From: Pseudomonadota bacterium
Lineage (GTDB): Bacteria; Pseudomonadota; Gammaproteobacteria; Acidiferrobacterales; Acidiferrobacteraceae
Reading direction: 5' to 3'
DNA length: 64,000 nt
Assembly (NCBI GenBank): GCA_021794275.1
Contig: JAJYRD010000010.1
Span: 76,085-140,084 of the forward strand
Below are positions 1-10,019 of the stretch, one piece after another (positions within the stretch are counted from its first letter, which is position 1; every line of letters starts with the position of its first letter). The notes beneath the pieces are model-generated. The model was not told the origin of the DNA. It worked only from the letters and a program-made list of their open reading frames with translations, and made no database searches. The position numbers and the translations under genes were made by a program.

Positions 1-81
1 CCGCTCGACGAGGCGAACCACCTCTATCAGTATTCTGCCGTGCTCGGACTCTTCCGGGCAGAAACGCGAAACCCCGCCTGA
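1..81 (+). CDS. 3' end of an unidentified CDS (partial, runs off the left edge)
   Basis: Frame 1 is open from the window edge to TGA at 79-81. That stop overlaps the next ATG as TGATG. Only 26 codons are visible, so no family call is possible. Confidence 0.3.
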   Translation, partial: PLDEANHLYQYSAVLGLFRAETRNPA

Positions 82-515
82 TGTGGTCGGCAGATCGCAA
101 CACCATGCGCGCGGTGTTTTACGACGCCTGGCGCCATTTCAAGGAACAGGCGCCGCTTACGGGCGTCGAGGCCCTGATCGTCGAGGCCTTGATCGCCCAT
201 CCGGAGTATCAGTCGCTATTCGATGAAGGCCGCCCGTCCGACGCGGTCGACCCTACAGCGGGTCCCGGGTCCAATCCCTTCCTGCATTTGGGCCTCCATA
301 TCGCCATCGCCGAGCAGATCGCGACCGATCGCCCCCCAGGCGTCACTCACGAATGGCAACGCCTCCAGGGGCTGTGGCAGGATGCGCATCGCGCGCGCCA
401 CGCGATGATGGAGTGTCTGGAAGAAACCCTCTGGGAGGCGCAAAACAGGGGCGCAGTCCCCGACGACTCCGCCTATATGGAGCGCTTGCGCACACTGGGC
501 AGTGGGCGATCATAA
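81..515 (+). CDS. DUF1841 family protein
   Basis: 144 aa. The N-terminus (DRNTMRAVFYDAWRHFKEQAPL...AHPEY) and the length match my memory of DUF1841 proteins. The start is coupled to the upstream stop. Confidence 0.7.
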   Translation: MWSADRNTMRAVFYDAWRHFKEQAPLTGVEALIVEALIAHPEYQSLFDEGRPSDAVDPTAGPGSNPFLHLGLHIAIAEQIATDRPPGVTHEWQRLQGLWQDAHRARHAMMECLEETLWEAQNRGAVPDDSAYMERLRTLGSGRS

Positions 516-754
516 AAATAGCGCCACCCCTTGCAAAGTAACGGTATCGCGTGTAGATAAAGGGCATGATAAGACCGGCCAAGGGTCGTGCTTGCGCGTG
601 TAAGGAAACCACGCGCGGTGCAGACAAGAAAGAAGGGGGCATTGAACACCCCCGCGCATTCCCCTTCCTAGGACGCAGACCAGGAGGGGGTCGAGCGGAG
701 GGTTTCAGGCCCCCCGCTCTGTCTGGGGTCCAAGCCTTATGGTACGATAGTAAT

Positions 755-997
755 ATGCAAATCGGCGTCCGATTCCGCTGTTACCCGACCCCGGAGCAGG
801 CTCAGACCCTGGCCCAATGGATCGGTTGTCAGCGCTTCATCTACAACGCCAAGGTGCGCGAGGACCGCTATTTCCGCCGGTTTGCCCGGACCTCCCTGCA
901 GCACACGGGACAACACCTTCCGATCGACCAGTGCTATCGCCAATTCAAGACCGACTTGACGCCCTGGCTTTCGGAGGTGCCATCGCAGGTGCTGCGC
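755..997 (+). pseudogene. tnpB: IS200/IS605-family TnpB (InsQ-like) N-terminal fragment, truncated after about 81 codons
   Basis: MQIGVRFRCYPTPEQAQTLAQWIGCQRFIYNAKV...TPWLSEVPSQVLR is a typical TnpB N-terminal HTH region. Homology stops abruptly near 998. The 240-aa track ORF 566..1288 is a chimeric read-through. Confidence 0.7.
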
Positions 998-999
998 AT

Positions 1000-1240
1000 A
1001 CAGGTAGGGGCGGAAGGCTCCGAACCGAGGACCGAGACGTCCTCCACGCCGGATGAGATCACGGTAAGACGTGAAGGTGGCAACACCTTCGCGCACGGAT
1101 CGTTGACCCCGGAAACCCCACTACAGCCCGTAGGGCTTAGTGGTGGGAGACTTCATAGAGTCGTGAGTCGCTTGAACGTCAACCGAAAGTCGAAGCAGAA
1201 TGACCGTACACGGTACGCGGGGCTTTTAGCCCCGTTTTTT
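1000..1240 (+). other. Highly structured tail following the tnpB fragment (candidate IS right-end / omega-RNA-like remnant, or a leader RNA)
   Basis: Nested hairpins: GAAGGTG-GCAA-CACCTTC at 1073-1090 (GNRA loop) and an imperfect long stem at about 1116-1146 around AGCCC-gta-GGGCT. The region ends in an intrinsic terminator. There is no convincing coding potential. Confidence 0.2.
1218..1240 (+). terminator. Rho-independent terminator
   Basis: CGGGGC-tttta-GCCCCG stem-loop followed by TTTTTT. Confidence 0.55.
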
Positions 1241-1331
1241 ATGGACACCACTTGGCCACGAGAGGCCGACCTGAGGATAAACCCGTGACACTCGAGATCG
1301 AAAAGACAGATAACGAACCCCCCGAACCGAG

Positions 1332-1366
1332 CTTCCTCCCCCGCTCATCGCACGCCCGGGAGGAAG
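1332..1366 (+). promoter_or_regulatory. Anti-Shine-Dalgarno hairpin occluding the RBS of the DUF2156 gene
   Basis: CTTCCTCCC (1332-1340) is the perfect complement of GGGAGGAAG (1358-1366), with a 17-nt loop. The ATG lies at 1368, directly after the sequestered SD. Confidence 0.5.
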
Positions 1367-1367
1367 T

Positions 1368-2453
1368 ATGTTGAACGCCGTCAACGCCGTTATGGACGCC
1401 CATTTTCTCACGCCGGCAAAAGGCGGCCCGCAAGCCCTCGAATCCGATCACCGGCGGCGCCTCGAACCGCAGGGACGCTACCTCGTCTCAGGCAAGTATC
1501 GGCTCTTTCCGTTCGACAAAAGCGCCAAACCCTACTTCGACGACGCAGTCGCACGCTTAGGCGTGGCACTGTCTGATTACAGCTTCGCGAACAACGTCAT
1601 CTGGCTCTATCAAGCCAGCGGTTTCTATCAGATCATAGAGGGCTGTTTCTGTCTCTTCGGTCTATCCGGTAATGGCCTCACCATGCTCCTGCCGCCCCTG
1701 GGTGAGCCGCATAGGCAAAAGCGCGCGCTGAAGACCTGTATCCGCATCATGGATCAGTACAACCCCTCACCATATCAGGCGCGTCTGGACTTCGTGTACA
1801 AGGACTTCCTGCAGGTCCTGGATCATGGCGAGGATGGCGCACCCATAATCGAGGGCGAGCTCTGGCACGTCGAGGTCACGAACCCCGACTACATCTATCG
1901 CACCTCCGACCTGATCGAGTTGCGAGGCAACGCCTTCAAGACGAAGCGCAACGAAATCAATCAGTTCCGGCGCGCCTACCCGAACCATACTTTAGTACCG
2001 TTCTCGACCGAGCACCGGGAGGCGGCGCGCAGCCTGGTCAACACATGGACCGAAAACCGCATCCGCGCACTCCCCGAGGGCTCACTCGAGGACTTTCTCT
2101 ACAATCTCGAGCTTGAGCGCAAGGCAATCAACCGCACCATCGCCTTGTACGAGGAGCTTGGTCTTGAAGGTCTTTGCCTCTTCATAGACGGCGTCCTCGA
2201 GGGTTTCACCTTCGGGGAACGCCTGAGTCCCGATGTGGCCAATGTCCTTATCGAAAAGACGAACTTCCACATCCAAGGGGCGGCCCAGTACCTGTTCCGG
2301 GAATTCACCAAGGTCTTCGCGCATTCCACTTACATCAACGTGGGCGACGACCTCGGCTTCGAAAACCTGCGGCGCGTCAAGATGAGCTACCGCCCGGCGA
2401 TGTTCGGCGAAAAAGTGATCCTCCACCGGCGGGTTCCGGCGGACATCCGTTGA
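1368..2453 (+). CDS. DUF2156 domain protein (stand-alone homologue of the MprF/LysX C-terminal aminoacyl-transferase domain)
   Basis: 361 aa with no TM segments. Strong SD (GGGAGGAAG). Overall similarity from memory to phosphatidylglycerol lysyltransferase C-terminal domain proteins (..ELRGNAFKTKRNEINQFRR.., ..VKMSYRP..). Confidence 0.65.
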   Translation: MLNAVNAVMDAHFLTPAKGGPQALESDHRRRLEPQGRYLVSGKYRLFPFDKSAKPYFDDAVARLGVALSDYSFANNVIWLYQASGFYQIIEGCFCLFGLSGNGLTMLLPPLGEPHRQKRALKTCIRIMDQYNPSPYQARLDFVYKDFLQVLDHGEDGAPIIEGELWHVEVTNPDYIYRTSDLIELRGNAFKTKRNEINQFRRAYPNHTLVPFSTEHREAARSLVNTWTENRIRALPEGSLEDFLYNLELERKAINRTIALYEELGLEGLCLFIDGVLEGFTFGERLSPDVANVLIEKTNFHIQGAAQYLFREFTKVFAHSTYINVGDDLGFENLRRVKMSYRPAMFGEKVILHRRVPADIR

Positions 2454-2887
2454 GACGGGCGGGCCCGGCCGACCTCGACGACCTGATGGCCCTCGAGGCC
2501 CGCTGCTTTTCAGCCGCGGACGGGCTCTTTAATCGCCGGCAACTACGCTATCAGCTTGCAAGCCCCCGCTGCGCATGGTTCGTGGCGGGGCGTTTCGAGG
2601 GCGCTGCCTGCCTATTGCTCGCCTCCAATGGGCGCGACCGGTGGGGGCGCCTCTATTCACTCGCTGTCGACCCCGCCCACCGCAACAAGGGCATCGCCAA
2701 GCGCCTACTTGCGACCTCCTTCGCGTGGTTTCAGGAACAGGGGGTGCAGGTCATGCGAGCCGAGGTCAAAAGCACGAATCTGGCCGCCCGGCGCTTATAC
2801 GCGGACCTCGGCTTCGTCGAACACGAAGAGCTTCCCAACTATTACGGCCTGGGGACCTCAGGTATCAAACTCTACCGGCGGATGTAG
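2450..2887 (+). CDS. GNAT family N-acetyltransferase (RimI-like)
   Basis: Acetyl-CoA binding core LAVDPAHRNKGIAKRLL and ...ARRLYADLGF. A TTG start at 2450 overlaps the upstream TGA (TTGA). The longer track ORF from 2174 overlaps the DUF2156 gene out of frame. Confidence 0.75.
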   Translation: MRRAGPADLDDLMALEARCFSAADGLFNRRQLRYQLASPRCAWFVAGRFEGAACLLLASNGRDRWGRLYSLAVDPAHRNKGIAKRLLATSFAWFQEQGVQVMRAEVKSTNLAARRLYADLGFVEHEELPNYYGLGTSGIKLYRRM

Positions 2888-4703
2888 CGGCGAACAAAGG
2901 TACTCGCAGGAAGAAATGCGAACCGCCCGCCTCGCGCGCTTCGTAGCCTACGGTGCCGCCATGCTTCTCGGCGATGGCGCGCGCCACCCATAGACTGCGT
3001 GGCGCAGCCGGGTCGCGGACCTGCGCGTTGGGGTGTGGATCGAAGAGATGGGCGCGCGCGTCCACAGACAGGGCAGCACCGCAATCACGGATGGATACGA
3101 CTCCAACCCCCATTTCCGTCGCGGTCGCAACCTCGATGGTCGTATGCGCGGGCGCGAGATGGATGGCGTTTATCAAGAGATGGCTCAGGGCGCGCAACAG
3201 CAAGCCTCGATCCCCGTGAATCACAGCCGCGCTCGAGCAGGGATCCATGGCAAGCCGCACGTTCCGCACCTGCGCGTAGTCGGCATCGGCGCTCACTGCA
3301 TCTTCGGCCAGGCGCGCAAGCACAAGCGGGGCCGGGGCCCACTTCATGGTGGCGGCATGATTGTTGTCGACATCAAGGAGTTCGGCGACCGTACGCGCCA
3401 GGCGCTCCATGTTGCTGCGCGCGATCCGCAGGAGACGCACGTCATCGCCCGCGAGCTTGGTGGTCGCGGTTTCCGTCAAGAGCCCGAGCGAACCCAGGGC
3501 CGAAGTGAGAGGCGTCCTGATCTCGTGGCCCAAAGTGGCCACCAACTCACCCTTCAGGCGCTCGCTGCGGCGACGGTTCGTGACGTCACGGGTCACCGCC
3601 ACGAAACCCCGCTCCGAGCCCACCACCATCGCACTCAAGCCGAGTTCCATAGGGAATACAGTGCCATCCCGGCGCAGGCCATTGACCTCCAGGCCATGTC
3701 CGCCAAACTTTACACCGACTTGCTCAATCTGGCGTTCCAGAAAGCGGGTGTACTCGGCGCGCTCAGCGACAGGGACAAGCTGCGAGAAGTGGGACCCGAG
3801 TATCTCCTCTTCTTTGTAACCGAATATCCGCAAGGCTTCGCGATTCAAGGATCGCAAGCGGCCAGCGCCATCTACGGTGACGATCCCCTCTTCGACATGC
3901 TCTAGCACCGCGCGGATATAAGTCTCCCGCTCCTTGAGGTCGTCCGCGGTGCGACTATGGAGCGCGACCTCGCGCCTCAGATCCTCGTTCAAGCGGTGGA
4001 TGGCGGCCTTCTCCGCCTCCAGACTCGCGATGAGATCCCGGTTCTCGAAACGCAACCGCAATGAGGCCGCCACCGCCCGTTCGACGCGCCGGGCCGTCAA
4101 GAGCATCACCCCCATGAACATGACCGCGACAAGACCCATAGCGTCATGGAAGCGGCCGCCCGAAAGAAAGAGACGCAGCGCCAAGGGGCCCAGTACGGAA
4201 ATGACGAACAAGAGGGCAACCGCGAATATCGCCGAAAAACTGACCACCGCACCCGCGGTCATGGCCGTGAGCATGAAGAAGAGAAACACCTGCGGTAACA
4301 GGGCCTGCGGAAAAAGCCACACGGCAGTCGCGCCCCATACCAGACCCGCTGCTCCGGTTGCGATGGCGTAGTAGCGACCCCAGGTGGCCGTGTCCCGCGC
4401 GCCCTCGGCCCTACCATAGTATCCGATCAGCCAATAACGGGCGACTGTCACCAATACCATGAGCAAAAGCCAGCCCGCGATCCGTGCTTGCGGCACGGCA
4501 CGCCACTCCATGAACGTAAGAATGGCCGCGTTGACCGCGGTCACCAGGAGTCCCGGCGGCAGGTTGGCGTACAAAAGACGCACCTGCTCCCTGTGGAGCT
4601 CGGTCGCCTCCAGAGGGGCCGTCGGCGCCCCCTCCACCCCCGCGCTCGCATGTTCGAACGCCACATCCACCCCCTTGCATCCTCTCCTTACGGATGTTTG
4701 CAA
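2865..4703 (-). CDS. Membrane-bound PAS sensor histidine kinase
   Basis: About 200 aa of hydrophobic helices, a PAS region (EEGIVTVDGAGRLRSLNREALRIFGY), H-box LGHEIRTPL and a C-terminal HATPase region. Confidence 0.8.
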   Translation of the reverse strand: MQTSVRRGCKGVDVAFEHASAGVEGAPTAPLEATELHREQVRLLYANLPPGLLVTAVNAAILTFMEWRAVPQARIAGWLLLMVLVTVARYWLIGYYGRAEGARDTATWGRYYAIATGAAGLVWGATAVWLFPQALLPQVFLFFMLTAMTAGAVVSFSAIFAVALLFVISVLGPLALRLFLSGGRFHDAMGLVAVMFMGVMLLTARRVERAVAASLRLRFENRDLIASLEAEKAAIHRLNEDLRREVALHSRTADDLKERETYIRAVLEHVEEGIVTVDGAGRLRSLNREALRIFGYKEEEILGSHFSQLVPVAERAEYTRFLERQIEQVGVKFGGHGLEVNGLRRDGTVFPMELGLSAMVVGSERGFVAVTRDVTNRRRSERLKGELVATLGHEIRTPLTSALGSLGLLTETATTKLAGDDVRLLRIARSNMERLARTVAELLDVDNNHAATMKWAPAPLVLARLAEDAVSADADYAQVRNVRLAMDPCSSAAVIHGDRGLLLRALSHLLINAIHLAPAHTTIEVATATEMGVGVVSIRDCGAALSVDARAHLFDPHPNAQVRDPAAPRSLWVARAIAEKHGGTVGYEAREAGGSHFFLRVPLFAATSAGRV

Positions 4704-4731
4704 GGGTTATGCCACAACCGGATTGCGGCCT

Positions 4732-5943
<1,212 letters not shown>

Positions 5944-5954
5944 ACGTAACCCCC

Positions 5955-8900
5955 TCAACTCGTGGCGCGCGCCGTTCTCCTCAAGCGCGCGAGCAACCGC
6001 CGGGCGAGATCCCCGAAGAGCTCCGTCTGCGTCGGATGCGGATGGATCGCCGAACCCACCTGTTCAAGGGTGAGGCCGGCGCTCACCATGAGCACCGCCG
6101 AGCCGATCAGCGTATCGGCATGGTCGGCCAGGAAATGCACGCCGACGATGCGCTTCGTGGCGCGATCGGCGACCATCTTGATGAAACCCGCAGTCTCGCC
6201 GGTGATCATCGCCTTGGCGTCTATCGAAAAAGGCACCTTGATCTCGACCGGGTCATGGCCCCGGGCGCGGGCCTGTTCCGCCGACAGGCCGACGAATGCC
6301 GCCTGTGGTCGCGTGAAGATGACGCCGCAGTCCTTGCGTTCATCATAAACCGCCGCATGGCCGAGCAGGGTCTGGGCGGCCACCCGCCCTTGGTGGCCGG
6401 CCGTATGAGCAAGCATATACCCCCCCACCACGTCGCCCACCGCGAAAATATGCGGGATACTCGTCTGGCAGTGCTCATTGACGATGATGACGCCACGATC
6501 GGCGGCGACGCCCGCGCGCGCAAGCGCCAGCGGCTCCGTGACAGGACGCTTGCCGGTGGCAAGCAGCACATAATCCGCCTGCACAGAGCGCGCTTCACCA
6601 CCGACTTCGTAGCGCACCGCGACCGTGCCGGGCGGACCTTCAATGCCCTGCACCCGCGCCGACGTGACGACCGACAGGCGCACTTCTTTGGCGAGCAAGG
6701 CGGCAAGCTGGGTGGCGACCTCGGCCTCGACCTCGGGTAGCACCCGGTCACGCGCCTCCAGCACCGTGACCTCGCATCCGAAATCGGCGAATATCTGCGC
6801 CATCTCAAGCCCGATGGCGCCGGCCCCCACGATCACGAGCCGCTTTGGCGGCGCCTCGAGATTCCACACGGTATCGGAGGTCAAGACCCCCTTGCCGTCA
6901 GCCCCGGGAATGGGCGGCACGAAGGGCGGGGCTCCGGTGGCGATGACCGCGGCCGCAAAGGTGATGCGCTTGCCCGCTGCGCCCGCCTTCGAGGCCCGTC
7001 GCTCATAAGGGTCCGCACCTTCCACGGGCACGACCACTACGCTGTGGTCGGAGTCGAAATAAGCAAAGCCCTCGCGCACGTCGATGCGCACGCCCTTGTC
7101 GGTCTTCAAGGCCATCTCGCCACGGGTCGTGAGCACGCGCTTGCGCATGGCATCGAGACGCGACCAGTCGAGCACAGGCGCGCCGGTATTGGCCACCCCG
7201 AGATCGTTGTCATGATGGCGATCGCGAATCCGGTCGGCCGCCGCACGCCACGCCTTAGACGGTATGCAACCGCGCCAAAGACACTCGCCTCCCGGAAGCG
7301 GGGCATCGTTCACCATGATCACGCGCCGCCCATGATCCGCAAGTTCACGCGCGCAATCCTCACCGCCGGGCCCCCCGCCTATGACGAGCACGTCACAATC
7401 GTAAGCGCTGGTATCCGACGGTAATGCGCCTGGGGCACGCTGCTCGGCGCGCGCGGTGGAGTTCTCCGAGCCGCGTGGCGCCGCAGCCGATGGCGCAAAC
7501 AGCCAAGCCGTGTCCTCGACCAACACCTTGAAGGTATTCAGGAACTTGGCGGCCTCCGCGCCGTTCACGATCCTATGATCGGCGGTCATGGTCACCGGCA
7601 TACCATGCGGCTGAGTGCTTGCGATCGCAAAGATCGCCGAAGTCCCAGGTACCGGAATGGCGTCGAACTGGGCGACACCCAGCATGCCCATGTTTGAGAT
7701 CGTGAACGTCGGATTCGAGTATTCCTCGGGCTTCAGACGCTTCAAGCGGGCACGCGCCACGAGGTCCTTCCACTGGGCATTCAATTCATCCACCGAGCGT
7801 GCCAGGACATTACGCAACACCGGCACAACAAGCCCCATCCCCTCGGTCTCGACCGCAAGGCCCACGTCGATCTGCGTACGCTCGACGATACGATCCTCGT
7901 GCTGATAGACGGCGTTCACGCGCGGATGACGCTCTATGGCCCGCGCGGCGGCGGCGGCGAGCAGTACGGTGAGCGACACCTTGAGGTCCTTGGCGGCGCG
8001 ACCGAGTCGCGCCGGGTCGACATGGACCGTCACACGGAACAAGGGCATGGACAGCGAGTACTCCATGTTCTGGCTGACGGCCTTTTCCATGCTGTCCATG
8101 GGACGCCCGGCCCCCGGCACCTGAAAAATGCGTTTGGCCTGCACGCGCGGTCCGCCTCCGGCGCCCGCCACGTCGGCGCCGGTGATACATCCTCCGGGAC
8201 CGGTCCCGACCAAGCTATTGATGTCGATGCCGTGGGCGCCTGCGAGTTGTCGCGCGTAGGGGCTTGCCGCCCCCTTGCGTGGCCGCGGCGCGGGCGTCGC
8301 GCCATGCGGCATCGCCGGCGCCCGGGTCTTCGGTTGGGCGCTTCCAGACGGCACCGGCGCGAGCGGCGCGGCCGCGGGCTTGGCAACCACCGCTTGTGGC
8401 GCGCCAGCGGACAAAGTGCCGTGCGTCACCTCTTCGGCGTCGGCGACCAGGAAAGCGATCGGCTGCCCAACCGGAACGACCTGCCCGGCATCGGCCTGCG
8501 GCCCGGACAGATAGCCCTCGCGGAACACCTCGACGTCCATAATGGCCTTGTCGGTCTCCACGGTCGCGACCACCGTGCCGCGCTTGATGAAGTCACCGAC
8601 CGGCTTCTCCCAGGACACGAGAGTCCCTTCGGTCATGGTATCCGATAGTTGCGGCATGAGGATTGCCTGACCCCGGGGAACCTCCATGGCGGTCGGCGCT
8701 GTCGCTGTCGCTGCCGCCGGCACGGCCGCCTGAACGTCCGTCACCTCTGTCGATTCCGCCACGAGCGCTGCGATCGGAGTGCCTACCGGGATCGCGGCGC
8801 CGACGGAAGCGAGTGGTCCGGAGAGATAGCCCTCGCGGAACACCTCGACGTCCATGATGGCCTTGTCGGTCTCCACGGTCGCGACAACGGTACCACGGCT

Positions 8901-8996
8901 TATGAAATCGCCGATCGCCTTTTCCCAGGAAACGATCGTACCCTCGGACATCGTATCCGAAAGCTGCGGCATCTTGATGAGAAACGGCTCGGCCAT
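5955..8996 (-). CDS. Fused dihydrolipoamide acyltransferase (E2: two lipoyl domains, subunit-binding domain, catalytic domain) and dihydrolipoyl dehydrogenase (E3)
   Basis: Two repeats of ..[19 protein letters not shown].. (lipoyl-Lys), [30 protein letters not shown], and E2 active site DHRIVNG. After a linker come GGGPGG, the redox disulfide [13 protein letters not shown] and the C-terminal HPHPTQTE of E3. It is one uninterrupted 1013-codon frame. Confidence 0.85.
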   Translation of the reverse strand: MAEPFLIKMPQLSDTMSEGTIVSWEKAIGDFISRGTVVATVETDKAIMDVEVFREGYLSGPLASVGAAIPVGTPIAALVAESTEVTDVQAAVPAAATATAPTAMEVPRGQAILMPQLSDTMTEGTLVSWEKPVGDFIKRGTVVATVETDKAIMDVEVFREGYLSGPQADAGQVVPVGQPIAFLVADAEEVTHGTLSAGAPQAVVAKPAAAPLAPVPSGSAQPKTRAPAMPHGATPAPRPRKGAASPYARQLAGAHGIDINSLVGTGPGGCITGADVAGAGGGPRVQAKRIFQVPGAGRPMDSMEKAVSQNMEYSLSMPLFRVTVHVDPARLGRAAKDLKVSLTVLLAAAAARAIERHPRVNAVYQHEDRIVERTQIDVGLAVETEGMGLVVPVLRNVLARSVDELNAQWKDLVARARLKRLKPEEYSNPTFTISNMGMLGVAQFDAIPVPGTSAIFAIASTQPHGMPVTMTADHRIVNGAEAAKFLNTFKVLVEDTAWLFAPSAAAPRGSENSTARAEQRAPGALPSDTSAYDCDVLVIGGGPGGEDCARELADHGRRVIMVNDAPLPGGECLWRGCIPSKAWRAAADRIRDRHHDNDLGVANTGAPVLDWSRLDAMRKRVLTTRGEMALKTDKGVRIDVREGFAYFDSDHSVVVVPVEGADPYERRASKAGAAGKRITFAAAVIATGAPPFVPPIPGADGKGVLTSDTVWNLEAPPKRLVIVGAGAIGLEMAQIFADFGCEVTVLEARDRVLPEVEAEVATQLAALLAKEVRLSVVTSARVQGIEGPPGTVAVRYEVGGEARSVQADYVLLATGKRPVTEPLALARAGVAADRGVIIVNEHCQTSIPHIFAVGDVVGGYMLAHTAGHQGRVAAQTLLGHAAVYDERKDCGVIFTRPQAAFVGLSAEQARARGHDPVEIKVPFSIDAKAMITGETAGFIKMVADRATKRIVGVHFLADHADTLIGSAVLMVSAGLTLEQVGSAIHPHPTQTELFGDLARRLLARLRRTARATS

Positions 8997-9038
8997 AGTG
9001 GCTTCCTATGCTAACTAAAGAGGGTCGGGCCAGAGCCG

Positions 9039-10019
9039 TCAGACGCGGCCCAAAACCTTGAGCGCAGCAGCCAGCACATCGTCGGCGTTCGGGATGGCCG
9101 CCTTTTCCAGCTGGCGGTTGTATGGGACCGGGACATCAGCCGCGTGCACGCGCACGGGCTGCGCGTCGAGCGCGAAGAAGCATTCCTCGATGATGACCGA
9201 TATGATCTCCGAGCCCACGCCGACCGCGGCCTCGTCCTCCTCGGCTATGACGACCTTGTGCGTCTTTTCGACCGAGCGCCGGATCGTATCCCGGTCGATC
9301 GGGCGCAAGGCGCGCAGATCAAGCACCTCGGCCGAAACGCCCATAGCGGCAAGTTTGTCGGCCGCAGCGAGGCAAAGGTGCACACTGTAATTGTAACCGA
9401 TCAAAGTGACGTCGGTTCCGGCACGCACGATCTCCGCGCCCTCGAGCGGGCGGAAGGTCTCCTCATCCGGGACTTCGCCGCGCATGTTGTACATGCTCTC
9501 GTGCTCGATGATGATGACAGGATCGTTGCACCGCACTGCGGATTTCAACATCCCGTAGGCATCGAGCGGCCCGCGCGGGGTCACGACCCGAAGGCCTGGC
9601 GTGCTCATGAACATGCGCGCAAGCCGCGCCGAGTGCTGGGCTGCCAACTGATGCGCGGTGCCGCCGGGGGTGCGCATCACGATCGGACAGGATGCACGGC
9701 CGCCTGACATATAGCGGATCTTGGCGGCGGCGTTTATGAGCGTATCGAGCGCCAGCAACGCGAAGTTGATGGACATGATCTCGATGATGGGGCGCATGCC
9801 GGCCATGGACGCCCCTATCCCGATACCCGTATACGAGTTCTCGGAGATGGGGGTATCGATGATCCGTTCCGCGCCGTATTTTTGGTAGAGTCCGGACGTC
9901 GCCTTGTACGTTCCCCCCGCCACGCCAATGTCCTCGCCCATGGCGATCACCATGCGATCATGTGCGAGCTCCTCGTCGTGCGCGCGGCGTATGGCCTCCC
10001 AGTACGCGATTTCAGCCAT
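9039..10019 (-). CDS. pdhB: Pyruvate (2-oxoacid) dehydrogenase E1 beta subunit
   Basis: Typical E1-beta sequence (..IDTPISENSYTGIGIGASMAG..). The ATG at 10019 overlaps the pdhA stop. Confidence 0.9.
   Translation of the reverse strand: MAEIAYWEAIRRAHDEELAHDRMVIAMGEDIGVAGGTYKATSGLYQKYGAERIIDTPISENSYTGIGIGASMAGMRPIIEIMSINFALLALDTLINAAAKIRYMSGGRASCPIVMRTPGGTAHQLAAQHSARLARMFMSTPGLRVVTPRGPLDAYGMLKSAVRCNDPVIIIEHESMYNMRGEVPDEETFRPLEGAEIVRAGTDVTLIGYNYSVHLCLAAADKLAAMGVSAEVLDLRALRPIDRDTIRRSVEKTHKVVIAEEDEAAVGVGSEIISVIIEECFFALDAQPVRVHAADVPVPYNRQLEKAAIPNADDVLAAALKVLGRV

Noticed and set aside
566-1288. 240-aa ORF in the track that looks like an intact gene
   Set aside because: Only residues 64-144 resemble TnpB. 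The upstream 63 codons and the downstream roughly 95 codons are Arg/Gly-rich read-through of non-coding, hairpin-rich sequence. It is treated as a pseudogene fragment.
1000-1367. Possible known riboswitch in the leader of the DUF2156 gene
   Set aside because: I compared it from memory with TPP, glycine, cobalamin, c-di-GMP I/II, purine, ZTP, fluoride, Mn and guanidine motifs and saw no convincing conserved core. I kept only the structural observations.
2174-2887. 237-aa version of the GNAT ORF, and the 436-aa version of argF (13515..14825)
   Set aside because: The 5' extensions overlap the preceding genes out of frame and are Arg/Pro-rich GC-shadow sequence. Family-typical N-termini begin at 2450 and 13926, where they overlap the upstream stop codons.
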